From: Candidatus Dojkabacteria bacterium
Lineage (GTDB): Bacteria; Patescibacteriota; Dojkabacteria; J137
Reading direction: 5' to 3'
Assembly: GCA_030950485.1 (NCBI GenBank)
Contig: JAUZRK010000015.1
Span: forward strand, 2,010 to 66,009
DNA length: 64,000 bases
The translations under genes were made by a program, and so were the position numbers. Within the stretch, counting starts at the first letter, position 1. Every line of letters starts with the position of its first letter. The notes beneath the pieces were generated by a model. That model was not told the origin of the DNA. It made no database searches and worked only from the letters and a program-made list of their open reading frames with translations. Below are positions 1 through 10,850 of this stretch, piece after piece.

Positions 1-82
1 ATAAAACAACATTTTTCAATTTTACTATCTACAAAAAAGAAACTATAATCTAACTAAGAACATTATTTTTTAAATATATAAA

Positions 83-658
83 ATGGTAATTTTAGGAGGA
101 ATTTTAGGTGTACTAGCACTAGCTATACTTTTTGTAATAGGAATTTACAATAAACTTCAACAACAAAACGTAATGGTTGACGAAGGCTGGAGTGGAATTG
201 ATGTGCAATTAAAGAAAAGATTTGACTTAATTCCAAATTTAGTAGAAACAGTAAAAGGTTATGCTAAACATGAAAGTGGAACTTTTGAAAAAGTAACACA
301 ACTTAGATCTTCAATGATGGGGACAAATGATCCTAAGGAATTAGGAGAAATGGAGGGTGAATTTAGATCTACTCTTAAATCATTATTCGCAGTAGCTGAA
401 AACTACCCTGAGTTAAAAGCAGATGAGAACTTTAGACAACTACAAGCTTCATTACAAGCTATTGAAGATGAATTAGAAGGAGCAAGAAGATATTACAATG
501 GAACAGTTAGAGATTTAAATAGAATGGTTGTTGTATTTCCAAATTCAGTGATTGCTGGAATGTTTAATATTAAAAGAAGAGAATTCTTTGAGATTACAGA
601 TGCAGTAGAAAAACAAAATGTAAAAGTTGATTTTATATCAGAGCCTAAGGCAGAGTAA
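83..658 (+). CDS. lemA: LemA family protein
   Basis: N-terminal TM helix, then WSGIDVQLKKRFDLIPNLVETVKGYAKHE and AVAENYPELKA...ARRYYN, typical LemA motifs. Confidence 0.95.
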   Translation: MVILGGILGVLALAILFVIGIYNKLQQQNVMVDEGWSGIDVQLKKRFDLIPNLVETVKGYAKHESGTFEKVTQLRSSMMGTNDPKELGEMEGEFRSTLKSLFAVAENYPELKADENFRQLQASLQAIEDELEGARRYYNGTVRDLNRMVVVFPNSVIAGMFNIKRREFFEITDAVEKQNVKVDFISEPKAE

Positions 659-679
659 AAATTACTAATTCTAAATATT

Positions 680-710
680 AAAGCGGTCTATAAAATGGCC
701 GCTTTTTTTT
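680..710. terminator. Intrinsic terminator between convergent genes
   Basis: aaagcggtc...ggccgcttttttttt hairpin with T-tract right after lemA. Confidence 0.75.
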
Positions 711-1233
711 ATTCATCGTCATTATTAGCCCATTCAAACCAGGGATTACCTTCTTCAAATTCTTCCATATCCTCATTCTCAGCTAGTTCTTTAAATTTAG
801 TATCATCTATCTCTACACCATATTTAGTTAAGTGAGTAACGAACTCTGGATCAATGTTCTCTGAAGTGTACCATCTAGAAGCTAATGCTATGAATTCCAT
901 TTGTTTTGTTAAGTCAGCTACTTTATTGTTTTCCTTATATTTTTCTAATTCCCTGAAAGGTAGACTTAAGGAAGAAATTTCTTTAGCTATGACATCTCTT
1001 ATATCTGGAAGTTCTTTAAAGTAAAAGTCAATTTTAAACCAAATATCTGTAACTATACTCCAAGACTCTTCTAAATTATCATTGCTAAGAATACTTTCCA
1101 TAAGATCATGAACTATATCCGGCGCGTTAATAGGATTTCGTTTTAGTTCATCAAAAAGAGTTAATTCAATATCTATTCCACCGATTTCTGTTTTGAATTT
1201 TGTTACTAGCAACATAATATCTTTAATAAACAA
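709..1233 (-). CDS. Hypothetical acidic protein (start possibly ATG at 1214)
   Basis: 174-aa ORF with normal composition, no recognisable motif. Confidence 0.6.
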   Translation of the reverse strand: MFIKDIMLLVTKFKTEIGGIDIELTLFDELKRNPINAPDIVHDLMESILSNDNLEESWSIVTDIWFKIDFYFKELPDIRDVIAKEISSLSLPFRELEKYKENNKVADLTKQMEFIALASRWYTSENIDPEFVTHLTKYGVEIDDTKFKELAENEDMEEFEEGNPWFEWANNDDE

Positions 1234-1263
1234 TAAAGAGGGTGAATTCTATCACCCTCTTTA
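1234..1263 (-). terminator. Hairpin/terminator downstream of the LysM gene
   Basis: taaagagggtga/tcaccctcttta, 12-bp inverted repeat. Confidence 0.65.
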
Positions 1264-1317
1264 GAAATTTTTAATTTTTGTGTCTTGAGTTAAATAACCA
1301 AGACTATTACCTTGTCC

Positions 1318-2217
1318 TTAAGGTAGTGTTAATACACTATTTGGTAAAATTAAACCAATACTTCCATTAGGTAAATACCCGACATCATTAGTATTAGCAT
1401 TATAAATGTTTACCCAACTAAACCCTGTTCCATAATAACCTTCCGAAATTTCCCAAAGTGTATCTCCAAGTTGAACTGTATATTCAGAATCCTGAATATC
1501 ACCCTTCTCATAGTCAGTTGCTGTCCAAACACCACTACTATTTATTAGCTTCATAGTAGCTGCTGCTTTTTTCATTGCAACAGGAGAATTTGAATTTGTA
1601 TTACTATCTGTTTCCCCGCTTATTACACTTCCCTCATTTGCTGATTCATTATTATCTTTTTCTGAATCATTGTTTTTATCTGAATCATTGTTTTCTGATT
1701 TTGAGTCTTCATCTTTACTAGAGCCATTCTCTGATTTAGTATCATCCTCTGACTTAGTATCTTCTTTTAAACTATCGTTGTCTTCTGATTTTTCCTCATC
1801 ATTTGTATCCTCAGCCTTATCTTCTGAACTATCTTCATCTTTCTCGTCTTCTTTTTCTGTATCATTAGCCTCAGCAGTGTTATCATTACTTTCTTCTACA
1901 TTTTCTTCGTTATTTTGCCCATCTTCGCTAGTAGTTTCTTCATTGTCACTGTCAGAACTTTCGTTGTTACTTTCTGCTTCCTCTGCAGTATTATCTACTT
2001 GTTCTGTATCATCTTGATCTTTATTATCATCAAGAATTACATTTCTAACAAAGAAAAATGTACCTACACCGATAGCAAATATTAATATCAGGATTATCAA
2101 TGAAGCTATTCCTAAAAGCCTATCATCATTTCTAATCTTATTAACAACTCCACCACTTTTTTCCTCGTTATTAGATGAAGATTGTTCTTTAGGTTGGCTG
2201 TTTTTATTTTTTGCCAT
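1318..2217 (-). CDS. Membrane-anchored LysM peptidoglycan-binding protein with long acidic disordered linker
   Basis: Single TM helix, E/D/N/S-rich linker, C-terminal YTVQLGDTLWEISEGYYG...W..IYNAN...LILPNSVLTLP LysM. Confidence 0.9.
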   Translation of the reverse strand: MAKNKNSQPKEQSSSNNEEKSGGVVNKIRNDDRLLGIASLIILILIFAIGVGTFFFVRNVILDDNKDQDDTEQVDNTAEEAESNNESSDSDNEETTSEDGQNNEENVEESNDNTAEANDTEKEDEKDEDSSEDKAEDTNDEEKSEDNDSLKEDTKSEDDTKSENGSSKDEDSKSENNDSDKNNDSEKDNNESANEGSVISGETDSNTNSNSPVAMKKAAATMKLINSSGVWTATDYEKGDIQDSEYTVQLGDTLWEISEGYYGTGFSWVNIYNANTNDVGYLPNGSIGLILPNSVLTLP

Positions 2218-2362
2218 ATAGTAAAGAACTTAAATTAATTTAAATATTCGTGCAAATAAATGCTAGCTTATTATCAACTAAATTTAACTCCACACTAAAT
2301 TAAATATAGATGAGTTAGCTAAGTTTCGATTTGCTGTGTGGAACAAATTTACAAACCAACTT

Positions 2363-2391
2363 ATTATATAACTATTAACTGGTGCCTGCAA
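2363..2391 (-). promoter_or_regulatory. sigma70-type promoter of the LysM gene
   Basis: Minus strand TTGCAG-17 nt-TATAAT, about 140 nt upstream of the ATG. Confidence 0.6.
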
Positions 2392-2497
2392 GGATTCGTG
2401 TGTTATGTATTAATAGACAATGATATTGATATGAATTTGAAATCAGAGATAAAACAAAATTATAATTTATTTTCTTCTTGATTATATTTAAATGAAG

Positions 2498-2568
2498 TTA
2501 CCGGGTAGGGATTCGAACCCCAATTGATGGTACCAAAAACCATAGTCCTACCATTAGACGACCCGGTA
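2498..2568 (-). tRNA. tRNA-Gln (TTG), CCA not encoded
   Basis: Cloverleaf on minus strand: acceptor TACCGGG/CCCGGTA, anticodon arm ATGGT-TTTTGGT-ACCAT, T-arm GGGGTTCGAATCCCT. Confidence 0.95.
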
Positions 2569-2685
2569 ATTTTTAATTCCAGCTATTTTAGCAAATTAAT
2601 TACTCGTTTTGAAGACTAGAGATATTAAATTTATATAAATCTATATTAAAATGATTTATAATTAAAAACATTTGAGATAAATAAA

Positions 2686-5600
2686 TTGAAACGAATTAGA
2701 AAACAAATTAAGGCTATAATTTTCCTCTTACCATTAATTTTTGCCGGAGCTATTTCTATAAAAGTTATAAATAGCGTTGGGTTAGCAGAAGGATTATTTA
2801 CTTTCTTTATATTGATTTCTCTAAGAATAGGTTATGAAGCAGTTAGAAGTCCTATTCCAAGACGAGTAGGAATAAGAAATGTGCAGAGAAGATTAGGGAA
2901 TACATTCCTGGTTATAATGGGATCAATGGTTGGTGCGGCATTAATTTCAGGATCTCTTGTATTAAATGATTCATTAGATAAAACATTTGAAAATTTAACA
3001 TTTGCTCAAATAGGCGAAGGCGATGTTTTTATTTCTCCAGTAGAAAAGTCTTTAATAGACGAAAATTTAACTTATTTTAATACTGAAGAAGTAGAGCAAA
3101 TTAACACATTAATTGATGACTCTAGTATTTCAGATGGAACATTAAACTTAATGCGATTAACTGTTACTCCTGCGATTCTTGATGAAAAAGGTAAACCAGA
3201 GCTAAATGCTTATTTTTCAAGTCTTGTAGGTATTGATTATGAAAATGCTATTAGTGTTGGGGAAACTAAGGTAGAGATTCCAAAACTTACAAAGAAAAAT
3301 GGCGCTATTCTATCTGAGACAATGAAAAAAGAATTGCAGGCTGAAATTGGAGATACAATTCTTATAAATACTGGTGATATAAAAATTGGATTAGTAGTAG
3401 AAAGTTTTGTAGAAGATAAAAGTTTTTTAGGAGGACTTACTATAACTGTTGATAAAGGATATTTGAATTCTATTCTTGGAATAGAAAAAGGATCGGCAAA
3501 TGAAATTTATGTTTCTTCTATAGGTGGAGTAATACCAAAAGACTATGATGGAGAGGCATTCTTAAACGAAGTTAATGAATCATTAAAAGACTTTGATTCT
3601 GAAAGAGTTGATTTTAACTCTGTAGAAATTAAGGAACAGTTTTTAAATGGAGGTGGCTTTTCTGATGTTTCACTAATATTTTTAGCATTAAGTTCTTTCG
3701 GAATATTTTCAGGAATATTATTAATAGTAAATCTTTTCTCAATGTTTGCTGAAGAGAGAAAGAAAGAAATGGGTATTTTAAGAGTTGTTGCGTTCAATAA
3801 AAAAGATTTAACTAAAGCTTTCTTATTTGAAGGCTATATTTATTCTGTAATAGCTTCAGTAGTTGGTACGACAATAGGATTAGGTCTTGGCTTTATATTG
3901 ATATATTTGTTTACAGTTATCTTTGGCAATCTATTCTCTGCAATTGGGATTTCAGAGAATCTATTTGATATTTCCTATAGTGTTGAATTATCAAGCTTAG
4001 TAATAGCTTCCTCTGTTGGGGCTTTGATAACAATTTTTACAGCATATTTCGCTAGTCTAAGAATTAGTAATCTAAATATAATTGAGGCTATAAAGGATAT
4101 AAAAGTTAAGAAAAACAATAGATTAAATTTAAAATGGTGGCTGAAGACATTATTTTATTTTGGATATTCTCTTATAGGAACTATCTCTATTGTTCTTGGA
4201 CTTTTAATTGAAGGTATAGCTGACAGTTCTAGAGATGAGACTGGGTCGTTTTTTAATGAACTAAGTGTAGAAGACTTTAAACAGATAGTATTAGTTATGA
4301 AGGCATACCTCTTATACTTTGGTGTCGTCTATTTATCAATTTTTCTCTCTCTGCTCTTAATCAGAGCTTTTAATGATATATTTAAGAAAGGCCTATTGAA
4401 GTTGTTCGGAACCATTTCAAGCATTGTAGTTATAGGATTTACAATTATAGAATTTGGTTCAGAGGATTTTTCTTTTGCTCTAGATAGTGATTATGGAGTT
4501 GGATTATTTTTCTCTACAGGATTAGTATTAGTTTTAGCACTTTCAATACTTGTAACTTTAAATGTTGATTTTATAATCTGGTTACTTTCATTAATCTTTA
4601 ATAGATCAGCTAAAGGAGTATTAATTATGAAGGTTGCATTAAGATACCCTGCTGTTAATAGAAGCAGGACCGGATTAACACTTGTTATGTTTGCTTTAGT
4701 AATTTTCTTAATATCCTATATTAGTATTTTTAAATCTAGTATTGTTAATACAACTAGTAACAATACTGAAGAAGCATTTAATGGTTACGATTTGACAATC
4801 AATCCCGGCATTAACTCAACTTTATCCAGCAGAAATGAGATTTATAATGTAATTAACAATAACGAAAATGTAGAAAAGGTTAGTTCAATTACCTATTTAA
4901 ATGTAGTATTACCTGAATATAAATATAAAGACTTACCTGAATCTGCAAAGGAATTTAGTGATAATGGAGGTGGAATGCCGATTACACTTTCTGATGATGA
5001 TTCTTATAATACTGCCTTAAATATAGTTTCTCCAGAAGTTATTGCAGGTATTGACTCTCCATTGAAATTTAGATCTGATAAATATAGTACTGATGAAGAG
5101 GCATATGCTGCTGTAGCAAATGATCCAGATAAAGTTGTATTAGGATTCTTATATGCAAATCCAGATTTAATAGGAACTCTAAAATTAGAAGGTGGTGATA
5201 CATTAATAATAAGTGATGTATTTGAGGAACACATTTTTGAAAAAGAGGTTGTTGGTATAGTAGGCGCTGGTTTTTTTGGGAGTGCTGGATTTTCTCAATT
5301 TTTACCATTTATAATTTCAACAGATACTGAACTATTAAGTCAGCTTCCTGAGAGCTATCTGGTTAAAAATAGTTCAAATACAGTATTAACAGGTTTTAAA
5401 GCTGATATTGATCCAGACGTAGCTTTTCTAAATTTAAGAAAAGAATTAATTGATTATAATATTCTTCAAATAATAAACTTAAATGAGCTAACTGATACTA
5501 TAAGTACATTTATAGACTCTATGTTCTCAATGCTCCAGGGTTTCTTAGCATTTAGTCTAATAGTAGGAACTTCAGGGCTAGCAATTATTCTAACTAGATC

Positions 5601-5925
5601 AGTTTGGGAAAGAAGACAGCAAGTTGGAATGCTTAGAAGCTTAGGCTTTAGTAAAAAGATGATCTTTACAGCCTTTGTAATTGAGTCAAGCTTTATAAGC
5701 TTATTAGGTATTGCAATAGGAACTTCAATGGGATTGATAAGTGCTATTAATCAAATAGGAGGTAATAGTGCAGATGGCGAATCTTTTTTAAATGTTAGTG
5801 TATCTTATTCAGAAATAATAATAATTACATCTCTTGTTTATTTAGCATCGATGTTATTTTCGATTATTCCAATTGTTAAAGCAGCAAATTTAAGTCCTGT
5901 AGAGGCAACAAATTATCCAGAATAA
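2686..5925 (+). CDS. FtsX/MacB-family ABC transporter permease (duplicated permease domains)
   Basis: Two ER(K/R)xE/QxGxLRxxGF motifs, two large extracytoplasmic loops, many TM helices; followed by an ATPase. Confidence 0.9.
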   Translation: MKRIRKQIKAIIFLLPLIFAGAISIKVINSVGLAEGLFTFFILISLRIGYEAVRSPIPRRVGIRNVQRRLGNTFLVIMGSMVGAALISGSLVLNDSLDKTFENLTFAQIGEGDVFISPVEKSLIDENLTYFNTEEVEQINTLIDDSSISDGTLNLMRLTVTPAILDEKGKPELNAYFSSLVGIDYENAISVGETKVEIPKLTKKNGAILSETMKKELQAEIGDTILINTGDIKIGLVVESFVEDKSFLGGLTITVDKGYLNSILGIEKGSANEIYVSSIGGVIPKDYDGEAFLNEVNESLKDFDSERVDFNSVEIKEQFLNGGGFSDVSLIFLALSSFGIFSGILLIVNLFSMFAEERKKEMGILRVVAFNKKDLTKAFLFEGYIYSVIASVVGTTIGLGLGFILIYLFTVIFGNLFSAIGISENLFDISYSVELSSLVIASSVGALITIFTAYFASLRISNLNIIEAIKDIKVKKNNRLNLKWWLKTLFYFGYSLIGTISIVLGLLIEGIADSSRDETGSFFNELSVEDFKQIVLVMKAYLLYFGVVYLSIFLSLLLIRAFNDIFKKGLLKLFGTISSIVVIGFTIIEFGSEDFSFALDSDYGVGLFFSTGLVLVLALSILVTLNVDFIIWLLSLIFNRSAKGVLIMKVALRYPAVNRSRTGLTLVMFALVIFLISYISIFKSSIVNTTSNNTEEAFNGYDLTINPGINSTLSSRNEIYNVINNNENVEKVSSITYLNVVLPEYKYKDLPESAKEFSDNGGGMPITLSDDDSYNTALNIVSPEVIAGIDSPLKFRSDKYSTDEEAYAAVANDPDKVVLGFLYANPDLIGTLKLEGGDTLIISDVFEEHIFEKEVVGIVGAGFFGSAGFSQFLPFIISTDTELLSQLPESYLVKNSSNTVLTGFKADIDPDVAFLNLRKELIDYNILQIINLNELTDTISTFIDSMFSMLQGFLAFSLIVGTSGLAIILTRSVWERRQQVGMLRSLGFSKKMIFTAFVIESSFISLLGIAIGTSMGLISAINQIGGNSADGESFLNVSVSYSEIIIITSLVYLASMLFSIIPIVKAANLSPVEATNYPE

Positions 5926-5936
5926 TAAAATCATAT

Positions 5937-6626
5937 ATGAAAAATTCAAATCTAATTGCAAAGGCAAATAATTTAACTAAGATTTATAACGAAGGACAGG
6001 ATAACGAAGTAATAGCAGTTAATAATGTTAGCTTTGAAATAACTGAAGGAGAAATTATAACTGTAATGGGGCCATCAGGAAGTGGAAAAACAACGTTATT
6101 AAACATGATTTCAGGAATTGATGAGGCTAGTAGTGGAGAAATTTATATTGCTGGAGAGAATCTTGTAGAAATGGATGATGATTCAAAAACTAAGTACAGA
6201 GCTAAAAATATGGGATTTATTTTTCAAACATTTAACTTAATACCTGTCTTAAGTGCTGTTGAAAATACAGAAATGCCATTGCTTTTAAATGGTATTAAGA
6301 AAAATGAAGCAAGAAGGATAGCAAGCGAGATGTTAGAAAGAGTAGGGCTAGGAGACAGACTTCATCATAAACCAAATGAGCTTTCAGGAGGACAAAGACA
6401 AAGAGTTACAATCGCACGAGCTATTGTTCATAAACCTGCGGTAATTTGGGCAGATGAACCAACTGGAAATCTTGATACGAAGACTGCTAATAAAGTTTTT
6501 GAGCTTATGCTTGAACTTGCAAAGGAATTTAATCAAACTATTGTTGTTGTAACTCATGATGAGAATATAGCAGATAAGACAGATAGGGTTATCAAAATGG
6601 ATAGCGGTGAGCTGATTAGAGATTAA
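5937..6626 (+). CDS. ABC transporter ATP-binding protein (LolD/MacB type)
   Basis: Walker A GPSGSGKT, LSGGQRQRV signature, ADEPTGNLD, VTHD. Confidence 0.95.
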   Translation: MKNSNLIAKANNLTKIYNEGQDNEVIAVNNVSFEITEGEIITVMGPSGSGKTTLLNMISGIDEASSGEIYIAGENLVEMDDDSKTKYRAKNMGFIFQTFNLIPVLSAVENTEMPLLLNGIKKNEARRIASEMLERVGLGDRLHHKPNELSGGQRQRVTIARAIVHKPAVIWADEPTGNLDTKTANKVFELMLELAKEFNQTIVVVTHDENIADKTDRVIKMDSGELIRD

Positions 6627-6681
6627 AAATAGAAATCTATATTTTTAAATTATGATAAAATAATTCGAAAACAAATTTGAA

Positions 6682-8103
6682 ATGAGTAATTCAATAGAAA
6701 TTCCAAAAATAGATAATATAGAAACAATAGTTGAGAAAATAAAGTCTAAAGAGCTAAAAGTCTTAGATTTAGTTATTGAACATCTAGAAAGAGCAAAATT
6801 AGTACAAGAAAAAACTAACTCATTTATAACTATTCTTGAAGACCAGGCTTTAGCAAACGCAAAGGAGTTGGATTTACAAATAGAAAAAGGTGAAGTTGAT
6901 ATCGAATCAAAACCCTTGTTAGGTATTCCCTTTACAGCAAAAGATCTTTATTTAGTAAAAGATACAAAAACAACTTTTGGAACAAAATTAATGGAGAATT
7001 TTGTTGCGCCATATACTTCTACTGTAGTACAGAAATGTTTAGATGCTGGAGCTATTTTAATTGCAAAAGCAAATTTAGATCCATTTGGTTATGGAAGTAG
7101 TGGAGAGAGTTCAGGTTACGGACCTACAAAGAATCCATATGATTTAGAAAGAGTTCCAGGAGGTTCTAGTTCTGGTTCAGGAGCTTCAATTGCTGCTGGA
7201 GTAGGATTATTCTCACTAGGTACGGATACTGGTGGATCTGTTAGACTACCAGCCTCTTTTTGTGGAGTATATGCTCTAAAGCCTACTTATGGACATAATT
7301 CAAGATATGGAGTTGGCGTATATGCTTCTTCTTTCGACACACCAGGATTTTTTTCTAGACATCCAGAAGACATCAAATTACTTGAAGATGTAATGAAGGG
7401 ACGGGATGAAAATGATGCTACAACATATGAAATAGATCATTTAGAAATTAAAAATAATAAGACAATTGGGTTACCAAGAGAATTCTTTACAGAAGATTTA
7501 AATCCTGAAATAAAAGACAAGATAAATCAAAAAGTTGAACTATTAAAATCTAATGGCTACGAGATTAAAGAAATTTCTATTCCATCATTAAAATATGCTC
7601 TAGCTGCATATTACGTTTTAGTAATGGCTGAAACATCTTCTAATAGAGCTAGATATGATGCTGTTAGGTACGGTGAGAAAATATCAGATGACTATGAAGA
7701 GAACATGAGCGGAGGAAGAGCGCAATTCTTTGAGGATGAGGTTAAAAGGAGAATTATGGTTGGTACTTATGTTTTGAGCGCTGGATACGGCGATCAATAT
7801 TATCAAAAAGCTAGTATTGTTAGAACTAAGCTTAAAAAAGAATTCGACGAGGCCTTTAAAGAAGTTGATGTGATAATATCTCCTATAGCTAATGAAACAG
7901 CTTTCAAGATTGAAGAAAAGTCATCAGATCCAGTTTCAATGTATTTAACAGATATTTATACAGTTACTGCTAATGTAGTTGGAATACCTGCTCTAGCTAT
8001 TCCTGCTGGAATGAGTTTAGAAGGATTGCCAATTGGAATGCAGCTAATTGGTAAAAAGTTCCATGAAGATCAACTGGTAGATGTTGCTAAAGTTGTTAGA
8101 TAA
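6682..8103 (+). CDS. gatA: Asp-tRNA(Asn)/Glu-tRNA(Gln) amidotransferase subunit A
   Basis: Amidase signature PGGSSSGS, GTDTGGSVRLPASFCG, ARYDAVRYG, EVKRRIMVGTYVLSAGY. Confidence 0.95.
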   Translation: MSNSIEIPKIDNIETIVEKIKSKELKVLDLVIEHLERAKLVQEKTNSFITILEDQALANAKELDLQIEKGEVDIESKPLLGIPFTAKDLYLVKDTKTTFGTKLMENFVAPYTSTVVQKCLDAGAILIAKANLDPFGYGSSGESSGYGPTKNPYDLERVPGGSSSGSGASIAAGVGLFSLGTDTGGSVRLPASFCGVYALKPTYGHNSRYGVGVYASSFDTPGFFSRHPEDIKLLEDVMKGRDENDATTYEIDHLEIKNNKTIGLPREFFTEDLNPEIKDKINQKVELLKSNGYEIKEISIPSLKYALAAYYVLVMAETSSNRARYDAVRYGEKISDDYEENMSGGRAQFFEDEVKRRIMVGTYVLSAGYGDQYYQKASIVRTKLKKEFDEAFKEVDVIISPIANETAFKIEEKSSDPVSMYLTDIYTVTANVVGIPALAIPAGMSLEGLPIGMQLIGKKFHEDQLVDVAKVVR

Positions 8104-8112
8104 AGACTAAAC

Positions 8113-10056
8113 TTACTTTAGTCTTAGTATATCTAAACTTCCATCTCCTATAAAACTTTCTAATACGTCTACTATCTCTTTATTGAATTGTAGAAATAAG
8201 AAAATTAAACCTGCGATAAAGAATATTATTGCTAATATTGTGATTAGACCATTTGAAGGTCCATCTGCATTATTATTTTTGTTTTTCTTTATCTTTTCCT
8301 CCTTTTTTTCACCCTTTACGACAGGTTTTGATTCTGCAGATGTATTATTCTGATTAAAATTAAAATTAGAGTTTGCCGTTGATTGGTTTGAAATATTGGC
8401 TTCTGTATTTGAAGAATTTGATAAATTAAAATTATTAGTTTCATTTTTTTCTTCTTTTTCATTCGTTACTTCTTCTATAGGAGCAGGACCTGGAGCTACT
8501 TCCATCATATCTTTTGCTTTATTCTCTTCTCTAGAAAATGGATTTGGCATCATCGTCTCATTATTGCTATTAGAATTTTGTGCTGGAATATTATTCTCAG
8601 GTTGTACTTGTTTTGGAACTTCTTGCTGCTGTGGTGTGTTTTGAATAATATTTTGTTCAAGTTTTTTAGGAATACTCAATTCGCGATTTATATCATTATT
8701 TTCAGCTGGCATAGCAGCTTGTAAATTTTGAGAGTTGGGTACACTTACTTGTTGAGTAGTCTGATTAGTAATATTATTCACATTTTGAGTTGTAGACATT
8801 GATCCTGGAATGATTATAGGATCTATATTACTGTTATTAACCTGATTTACTTTTGGACTTTCTGGAACTTGATTATTCAATGAATTATCATTTCTTGATA
8901 CAACATTTCCAAGATTAGTATTTAAGCCATTACCGTTTGGGGTAGGGATAGTATTTGTATTAGAATTCATAACTGCTGTTACATTATTACTCTGAGAGTT
9001 TTCTGAAAGTGGTTTGTTCAGCATATCACTTATATTACTTTGCGGAGATGTTGCATTTCCATTTGGGCTTACTGTAGGCTCTGCAACAATTGAGGCACCA
9101 TCATCTCCTGCGTTTAAAACTGCTACATTATCATTATCATCTGCGTCTAAGCCATCAACTTTTTCTGGAGTAACTGAGCTTGCTTTACTAATTTCAGATA
9201 AGAATGAACCATTATCAAATTCAGCTTTTGGCTGCTCTCCTTCAATTTCTGTAGAAGTAACTTCATTTGTAGTACTTTCATCAGGAATTTCTTTTACCAG
9301 TTCTTGTGTACCATTTTCTAATTCAGGAGCTACATCTACTGTTTCCGTTTTTGGTGTTTCACCCTCTGTATTTACACTATTATCTGGTAATATTTGTTCA
9401 CTAATTAAAGTTAAATTAACACCCTCAGCTGAAGAACTATCAGTCTCAATTGAAGAAGGTAATGTTTCATCATTTTCTGTTAGATTAGTATTCTCAGCAG
9501 TCATCGGAGTTTGCTCAACTGCAGCGTCCTCTGTCAATATTTCTTCTTCTTGGCTACCCATTCCTCCTACACCAGTTACTAATCCGCCTGCTTCTATTTC
9601 TTGATCTTCTATTTCTCTATCATGTTTTGCTTCCGCAACAGTTCTATCTTTGATAATTTCAGTGGAGTCATTTGTTGTGCTTGTTTGGCTAGTATTTGCC
9701 GTTACGTTATTTGTATTCATTCCTGTTTGCTGAGTTGTTGTCTGTTGAACAGGTAGTATTGCTTGATTTGTATTTTGACTTGCTGCTTTTTGTGTTGTTG
9801 ATGAACTTCCGCTTCCTTTTTGATCCTCGATTAGTTGATTGGAACTATTATTAGTTTCTTCCATTTCAGTATTGTCATCATTATTAATATTATTTGAGTC
9901 TTCATTTGTCACGTCGTTAGAATCATGGTCATTTTCTTCAATTACATTGCCATTCTCATCAATTATTTGCTTTTTCTTTCTATCTCCATTAGCTACTAAG
10001 GTAGGTGCTTCCATTGTTTTGTTATTAATTACTAAAACATTATATGTTTTTATCAT
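8113..10056 (-). CDS. Large low-complexity N/S/Q/E-rich protein with C-terminal TM anchor (start possibly 10014)
   Basis: Long disordered ORF, single hydrophobic helix GLITILAIIFFIAGLIFLFL near the C-terminus. Confidence 0.75.
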   Translation of the reverse strand: MIKTYNVLVINNKTMEAPTLVANGDRKKKQIIDENGNVIEENDHDSNDVTNEDSNNINNDDNTEMEETNNSSNQLIEDQKGSGSSSTTQKAASQNTNQAILPVQQTTTQQTGMNTNNVTANTSQTSTTNDSTEIIKDRTVAEAKHDREIEDQEIEAGGLVTGVGGMGSQEEEILTEDAAVEQTPMTAENTNLTENDETLPSSIETDSSSAEGVNLTLISEQILPDNSVNTEGETPKTETVDVAPELENGTQELVKEIPDESTTNEVTSTEIEGEQPKAEFDNGSFLSEISKASSVTPEKVDGLDADDNDNVAVLNAGDDGASIVAEPTVSPNGNATSPQSNISDMLNKPLSENSQSNNVTAVMNSNTNTIPTPNGNGLNTNLGNVVSRNDNSLNNQVPESPKVNQVNNSNIDPIIIPGSMSTTQNVNNITNQTTQQVSVPNSQNLQAAMPAENNDINRELSIPKKLEQNIIQNTPQQQEVPKQVQPENNIPAQNSNSNNETMMPNPFSREENKAKDMMEVAPGPAPIEEVTNEKEEKNETNNFNLSNSSNTEANISNQSTANSNFNFNQNNTSAESKPVVKGEKKEEKIKKNKNNNADGPSNGLITILAIIFFIAGLIFLFLQFNKEIVDVLESFIGDGSLDILRLK

Positions 10057-10111
10057 TTAGGCTGCAAATAGAGCAGTGGCGCCAATATATAGTAACATGG
10101 TATAATAGCCT

Positions 10112-10783
10112 ATGAAAAATAATGGAAATTTAGACTCAGACTCAGAACTAAATCAAGAATTAGTTGAAGGATTTGATATAGAAGTCAATGGTGTTGAATA
10201 TAAGCTTGAATATGAAGGACAATTAGGTACTAACTATTCTTATATAGTAAAAGCCTATAGCCAGAAGGTTGGTATTTTAGATATTGATCTGAAACCAAAT
10301 CAACCAATTCAAGTACAGTCTGATGTTGATGGTTTGTCAGAAGCTGTATTATTGAATCTTTCAAATGAAGACGAAGTTACCAGTAGGGTAGAAGAACTAA
10401 TTGATTTAATAAATTTAGAGGTTAACTGTTCGCAATCTAGATTTAATGTTTCTATTCAATCTGTTAGAAATTTAATTCAGTCTACATGTGTAACTGAAGA
10501 GGTTTTAGTTAAAAGTATTGAAGAACTACTAACTTGGCAATCTGGAAACGGAAAATTCTCAACATATAATAAGATGGGCTTCCCAGAGGTATTAACGTTG
10601 GCATTCGCTCACAATAAATGCGATTACAGAGTAGTTTGTGTAAAAGCTAATACGAGTAATGGTTCAGAATTGTATGTAGCAGAAATTGTACCTAGAGAGC
10701 AAATCAATACTGTTAATAATCAAAAGCAAGTTTTCAAAAAGGCTCTAACCAGTAAGAATGTTTATTATCAAACAGAGCAGTAA
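10112..10783 (+). CDS. Hypothetical protein, probably leaderless
   Basis: 223-aa ORF; extended -10 TGGTATAAT ends 5 nt before the ATG. Confidence 0.65.
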   Translation: MKNNGNLDSDSELNQELVEGFDIEVNGVEYKLEYEGQLGTNYSYIVKAYSQKVGILDIDLKPNQPIQVQSDVDGLSEAVLLNLSNEDEVTSRVEELIDLINLEVNCSQSRFNVSIQSVRNLIQSTCVTEEVLVKSIEELLTWQSGNGKFSTYNKMGFPEVLTLAFAHNKCDYRVVCVKANTSNGSELYVAEIVPREQINTVNNQKQVFKKALTSKNVYYQTEQ

Positions 10784-10814
10784 ATCATTTCTCATTACCA
10801 AGTAGATAAATATG

Positions 10815-10843
10815 TTGCCAAAAATAGATGATGATAGTATAAT
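10815..10843 (+). promoter_or_regulatory. sigma70 promoter of leader peptide 1
   Basis: TTGCCA-17 nt-TATAAT; ATG follows 7 nt later (leaderless). Confidence 0.8.
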
Positions 10844-10850
10844 TTCCGCA

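Noticed and set aside
1670-2017. Ser/Leu-rich ORF and similar antisense ORFs (e.g. 8396-8644, 9014-9604, 15921-16415, 39654-39974, 40581-40931, 62153-62491)
   Set aside because: Shadow frames opposite well-supported genes; their composition mirrors the sense-strand codons
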